From the IMG/VR virus record IMGVR_UViG_3300034105_004634: a stretch of DNA of 20,000 nucleotides; one strand, 5' to 3'. Of this stretch, positions 16,503 to 20,000 are shown piece by piece (positions within the stretch are counted from its first letter, which is position 1; the number at the start of each line of letters is the position of its first letter). The translations under genes were made by a program, and so were the position numbers. Under the pieces are notes generated by a model that was not told the DNA's origin, searched no databases, and saw only the letters and a list, made by a program, of their open reading frames with translations. The DNA comes from an uncultured virus (IMG/VR IMGVR_UViG_3300034105_004634) (Duplodnaviria > Heunggongvirae > Uroviricota > Caudoviricetes).

Positions 16503-19500
16503 TTAAAAAAGATTAAAATCGCTAAGAATATTATCAGCGAAAAAAAATGAATCACTTTGAGCTGTAGCAACTATATTATACAAATATCCGCTTTCCAGAG
16601 TAACTGGTGCTGACCCATTATTAACATTTGCCTCCCCTGCAGTGTTATCCTTCTGGAATATCACAGTTTCAAACCCGGTCAATGTTGACGTTTTAGATAT
16701 CGTTAATTTTGCATAATCAAGGTTGGATGCGGAAAGACCTCTGTCCGCTGTAACTGTAACATATATCTTGTCACCTACCGAACAAGGCAAATCACCGCTA
16801 CTTGATTTTGTTGTACTATAAATCTCAGTAGAGGGGGATGTCCCATTTTTATTTATAGCAAATTTACCCTTATCAGCTATATCTCGATTCGTACTTCCGG
16901 AGAATGACCATGAAACAGTTACTGGCTGTCCTGTGTTTATGGTTATTGGTCCATTGACGGAATAAACGCCAGTTAATCCAAAATCGACGTAGCCACTGAT
17001 GCCCTGACAATTCTTATAGAAAAGTCTAGGAGAAAGATTTGCCGTACTAGACTTGGATGCCCACATAAGATCCACATATTGACATCCAGTAAGTCCAGCC
17101 TGGGAGAAATTCACATAAGAAGTAGTTGCTGCTGCAGGTAGACCTGTATCAAACACGATTCCTCTTATATAATGTGGATTAATATTGTTCGATATATCAT
17201 TTATAAAAATCCTATAATTTGTTGTTGTATTATCCTTATAGACTGGAGCATATCCATTCAGCGATGAGACCGAGGACGGTAATTTTAGATAAATTCCATC
17301 ACCCGTACCAGCCAAACTAAACGTACTATTTAAAAATCCGCCAACATAGATAAAATCACCAGTTGAGCTATTCAAATACATCTTCCTAACAAGACCAAGA
17401 GAATATTCATAGGCTGGCTGAATTGTTTTTGGGTTAACGAGGTTATGATCAGTTGTTACTGTGTAGTCTACTAGTCCACTATAAGAAAGCCTTATGAAAC
17501 CAGGAGAGTATGTACCTCTATATTTTGTAAATCTACCACCAACATATAAATTACTATTACTATCTTGTATAAAATCATATATAACATCATCAAATCCGGT
17601 ACCAGCAGAATATCCAGTATCAAGAGCAAATGAACCATCGGACGTGTTAGTAGCACCCGTTGTGAATCTTGCTATTCTGTTACATGTATTGCCCCCAATA
17701 TCACTAAAACTTCCACCTATATAAATGCTATCCGGATTACCAGGTGAACCTGGTACACTCTTTATTGCAGTTACTGCAAAATCTGTTGGTGTTTTTAATG
17801 AATATGTCATGGATGTCAATCCAGCGCTAGCCCTTGGTTGTCCGTTGGTACTATTTATCTCGATTATATTCTGTGCTGAATAGGTAGTAAGATAGAAATA
17901 AGTTGAAAATGTACCACCTATTATTATATTTCCGCTAGGCAATTTATCTAAACATGAAGGTCCTGGGCTTGTACTAAAACCTCCATTTGGAGTACTTAAA
18001 AATGCACTTACCACAGAACCCTGAAGATCACTGCTAGGATCATATCTTAATTTTATCAGTTTTCTTCTACTTGACCCACCATGTTTAGAAAAACTTCCAA
18101 TTAAAACTAAAGTTTTATCTAATGTGTCCATTATTGCTTTGGTTGGGCTTCCCCCTGAAAAACCAACACCTGTTCTGTTGACAAAGATAGGATCTACAGC
18201 GCCATCAAGATCAAAAGAAATTATTCCGCTATTAATTTGAGTACTATTAAGATTAGTTTTATATGTAAAAGCACCATATACATAAATTCTATTGTCGGGT
18301 TCATTTGCTAATATACCATTGACAGATCCGCCATTTGTTTGGATTGTCAACCCGTATGACGTACTAACATTCGTTTTAAATGTAGTATTCAAGGTTCCGT
18401 CCGCATTAACCTTACAAATACCAAGTACATTAGTTCCGAAAGCTACCGCTTGCTCATTATAAACTTTAAAGTTACCAACAAATATGGTACTACCATCGGA
18501 TAAACGAACCATATCATTAACAACGCCATTAAATTGATCAAAACCAGTAAGACCGTTCTTAAAACCAGTACCGTATTTTGTTGCGGTTGATTGTTTATAA
18601 TTAAGATTCTCATCCAGATTTCCAATTTTATAACTTGCTATATTGTTGACAACACCCGGACTATAACTTGTAGGTGTTGCTATGATATTTTCGATATCCC
18701 AATTTGTATTAGTAGAGATATCAAAAACGTTAGTAAGATTTATGGAGGTAGGTGTCAGATAATTTTTAGCACTTAATGTTGTCGTGTTCTGCCTTATTTC
18801 CTTTACTTTTTTAACATGGTATGAGAAAGGACCGCCAGTACCACCAGTAAATCCACCTGTTGAACCAAATATAGTTTGAGCAAAATTTCCGCTAGAAACC
18901 GATCCGGAGGGTTTATTGGATAAAATTGAATTTCCTGTATAATCTGAAAAATTAAAGGATTCAACAACTCCTGGTTTTACCAGAGCTGATATTCCGCCAT
19001 TATATGCTGGGGATGATGGATTCGAATCCAATATATAAGTGGATGTTAGTGGGGATGATATGGTTAAACTGCCCTTATATACGAATGAGGACGTTCCAAG
19101 GGATAAATTAGAACTCGAAACATTCAGAAATGCGCCACTACCAATACTTATATTACTATTAAAATAAAAATCACCATCGCCGCTAATATTAAATCCACCA
19201 TTTTCTCCAGAAAAAGTACACGAATCAGATGTTATGAGTGTTCTAGCTAAACCTGAATCTATAGAAAAATCAAGATCCGACGTTGCGTATAAAGAACCAC
19301 CGCTATCAAACTTCAATCCTGCATCAGATCCCAATGCATTCCAATAAAAAGACGGGACATCATTAGAGACTTCACCATTTTTCGAGAAAGACATGATTGG
19401 TCTATCCACTTGATCCGATGTTGAAATAAGAACTTTAGAATTATTTGGGTTTGCTCCCGCATTGGATGATTTCGAGTCATTTATCAGCAGGGAGGTATCA

Positions 19501-19946
19501 GCGGATCCAGTTATACCACCGGGATATTTAAAACCTATAACATTATTATTAGTAGCTCCACCAGGACCTTCTATATAAGAATAGGATTGAAAATATTTGG
19601 AATTAAAAAATGAGTATCCGCTATCTTGCCATTGATTATTAGCAACCGGATAATTAAAAACCTTTATATCCCCATCTGAAACCGAGGTATCTACCCAAAT
19701 ATCATTGGTGATAAGATTTTGAATTGGTTCAGTTGGTTGTTTATACCAAGAGGAAGCTCTAATTCCAGTAGCACCACTAGAGCCTCTTTTTCCAGCTGGT
19801 CCATATATACCAGTTGGCCCAATTGGTCCCTGGTGTCCATCCGGACCAACAGTAAAAGATAATATCTGATCAAAATTATAATTAATTTTTCCAATTACTT
19901 CCCTTCCTGTGTCACCCTTAAATATGTATTTAGTATTAAAATGCAT
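16503..19946 (-). CDS. Tail fibre/baseplate-associated protein, 1147 aa, with a collagen-like segment and a delta-60-type beta-propeller
   Basis: N-terminal GD......KINYNF (gp9/gp10-like attachment motif); about 10 Gly-X-Y triplets (about 19760-19847); seven hhhGG.F repeats with NADGTLNTTF/LDTGY-type segments (about 17330-18560). Confidence 0.75.
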   Translation of the reverse strand: MHFNTKYIFKGDTGREVIGKINYNFDQILSFTVGPDGHQGPIGPTGIYGPAGKRGSSGATGIRASSWYKQPTEPIQNLITNDIWVDTSVSDGDIKVFNYPVANNQWQDSGYSFFNSKYFQSYSYIEGPGGATNNNVIGFKYPGGITGSADTSLLINDSKSSNAGANPNNSKVLISTSDQVDRPIMSFSKNGEVSNDVPSFYWNALGSDAGLKFDSGGSLYATSDLDFSIDSGLARTLITSDSCTFSGENGGFNISGDGDFYFNSNISIGSGAFLNVSSSNLSLGTSSFVYKGSLTISSPLTSTYILDSNPSSPAYNGGISALVKPGVVESFNFSDYTGNSILSNKPSGSVSSGNFAQTIFGSTGGFTGGTGGPFSYHVKKVKEIRQNTTTLSAKNYLTPTSINLTNVFDISTNTNWDIENIIATPTSYSPGVVNNIASYKIGNLDENLNYKQSTATKYGTGFKNGLTGFDQFNGVVNDMVRLSDGSTIFVGNFKVYNEQAVAFGTNVLGICKVNADGTLNTTFKTNVSTSYGLTIQTNGGSVNGILANEPDNRIYVYGAFTYKTNLNSTQINSGIISFDLDGAVDPIFVNRTGVGFSGGSPTKAIMDTLDKTLVLIGSFSKHGGSSRRKLIKLRYDPSSDLQGSVVSAFLSTPNGGFSTSPGPSCLDKLPSGNIIIGGTFSTYFYLTTYSAQNIIEINSTNGQPRASAGLTSMTYSLKTPTDFAVTAIKSVPGSPGNPDSIYIGGSFSDIGGNTCNRIARFTTGATNTSDGSFALDTGYSAGTGFDDVIYDFIQDSNSNLYVGGRFTKYRGTYSPGFIRLSYSGLVDYTVTTDHNLVNPKTIQPAYEYSLGLVRKMYLNSSTGDFIYVGGFLNSTFSLAGTGDGIYLKLPSSVSSLNGYAPVYKDNTTTNYRIFINDISNNINPHYIRGIVFDTGLPAAATTSYVNFSQAGLTGCQYVDLMWASKSSTANLSPRLFYKNCQGISGYVDFGLTGVYSVNGPITINTGQPVTVSWSFSGSTNRDIADKGKFAINKNGTSPSTEIYSTTKSSSGDLPCSVGDKIYVTVTADRGLSASNLDYAKLTISKTSTLTGFETVIFQKDNTAGEANVNNGSAPVTLESGYLYNIVATAQSDSFFFADNILSDFNLF

Positions 19947-19954
19947 GATATGTA

Positions 19955-19999
19955 TTAATTTGATGATGAATTATAAGTTGATAAAACCCCACACTCAGG
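19955..19999 (-). CDS. Probable 3' end of the upstream gene (...PECGVLSTYNSSSN*)
   Basis: Open frame from the window edge to TAA at 19955-19957, 8 nt before the next ATG; too short to verify. Confidence 0.35.
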   Translation of the reverse strand, partial: PECGVLSTYNSSSN

Positions 20000-20000
20000 T

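Noticed and set aside
248..18776. Plus-strand ORFs in the track (for example 3508-3879, 5139-5627, 7224-7589, 15813-16304)
   Set aside because: All are antisense shadows of well-supported minus-strand genes, with Phe/Leu/Ser-rich composition and no recognisable motifs.
18443..19894. Nested minus-strand ORFs 18443-18625 and 19691-19894
   Set aside because: Alternative frames inside the fibre gene; the second simply mirrors the collagen codon periodicity.
1..20000. Stop-codon reassignment, tRNA genes, CRISPR arrays
   Set aside because: Genes are full length in code 11 with TAG used as a true stop. I saw no cloverleaf or repeat-spacer pattern, and intergenic gaps are mostly too short.

Overview
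AT-rich, densely coding window with every credible gene on the minus strand, standard genetic code. It reads as part of a large T4-like (jumbo/huge) myovirus genome. DUF4494, an Hc1-type small basic protein, Shine-Dalgarno-less A-rich leaders and a signal peptide cleaved before Gln all suggest a Bacteroidota host. In transcription order (right to left): a collagen plus beta-propeller tail/baseplate protein; two membrane-anchored coiled-coil proteins; a large structural-type protein and a tail-tube-fold protein; a replication/recombination block (RuvC-like nuclease, gp32 SSB, gp61 primase, UvsY, free-standing GIY-YIG endonuclease, UvsW); and a block of probable capsid-internal proteins. Most notable: (1) adjacent genes carry three different nucleotidyltransferase folds (Pol-beta type, RNA-ligase type, HIGH type) with capsid-targeting-like leaders, behind a recurring intergenic GATATATA motif, which may be a virion-packaged nucleotide/RNA-modifying system; (2) uvsW is split by a frameshift in an A12 tract; (3) the gp32 leader looks like an autogenous translational operator; (4) a histone-H1-like gene was missed by the ORF track. 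All family calls come from motif recognition by eye, not database searches.
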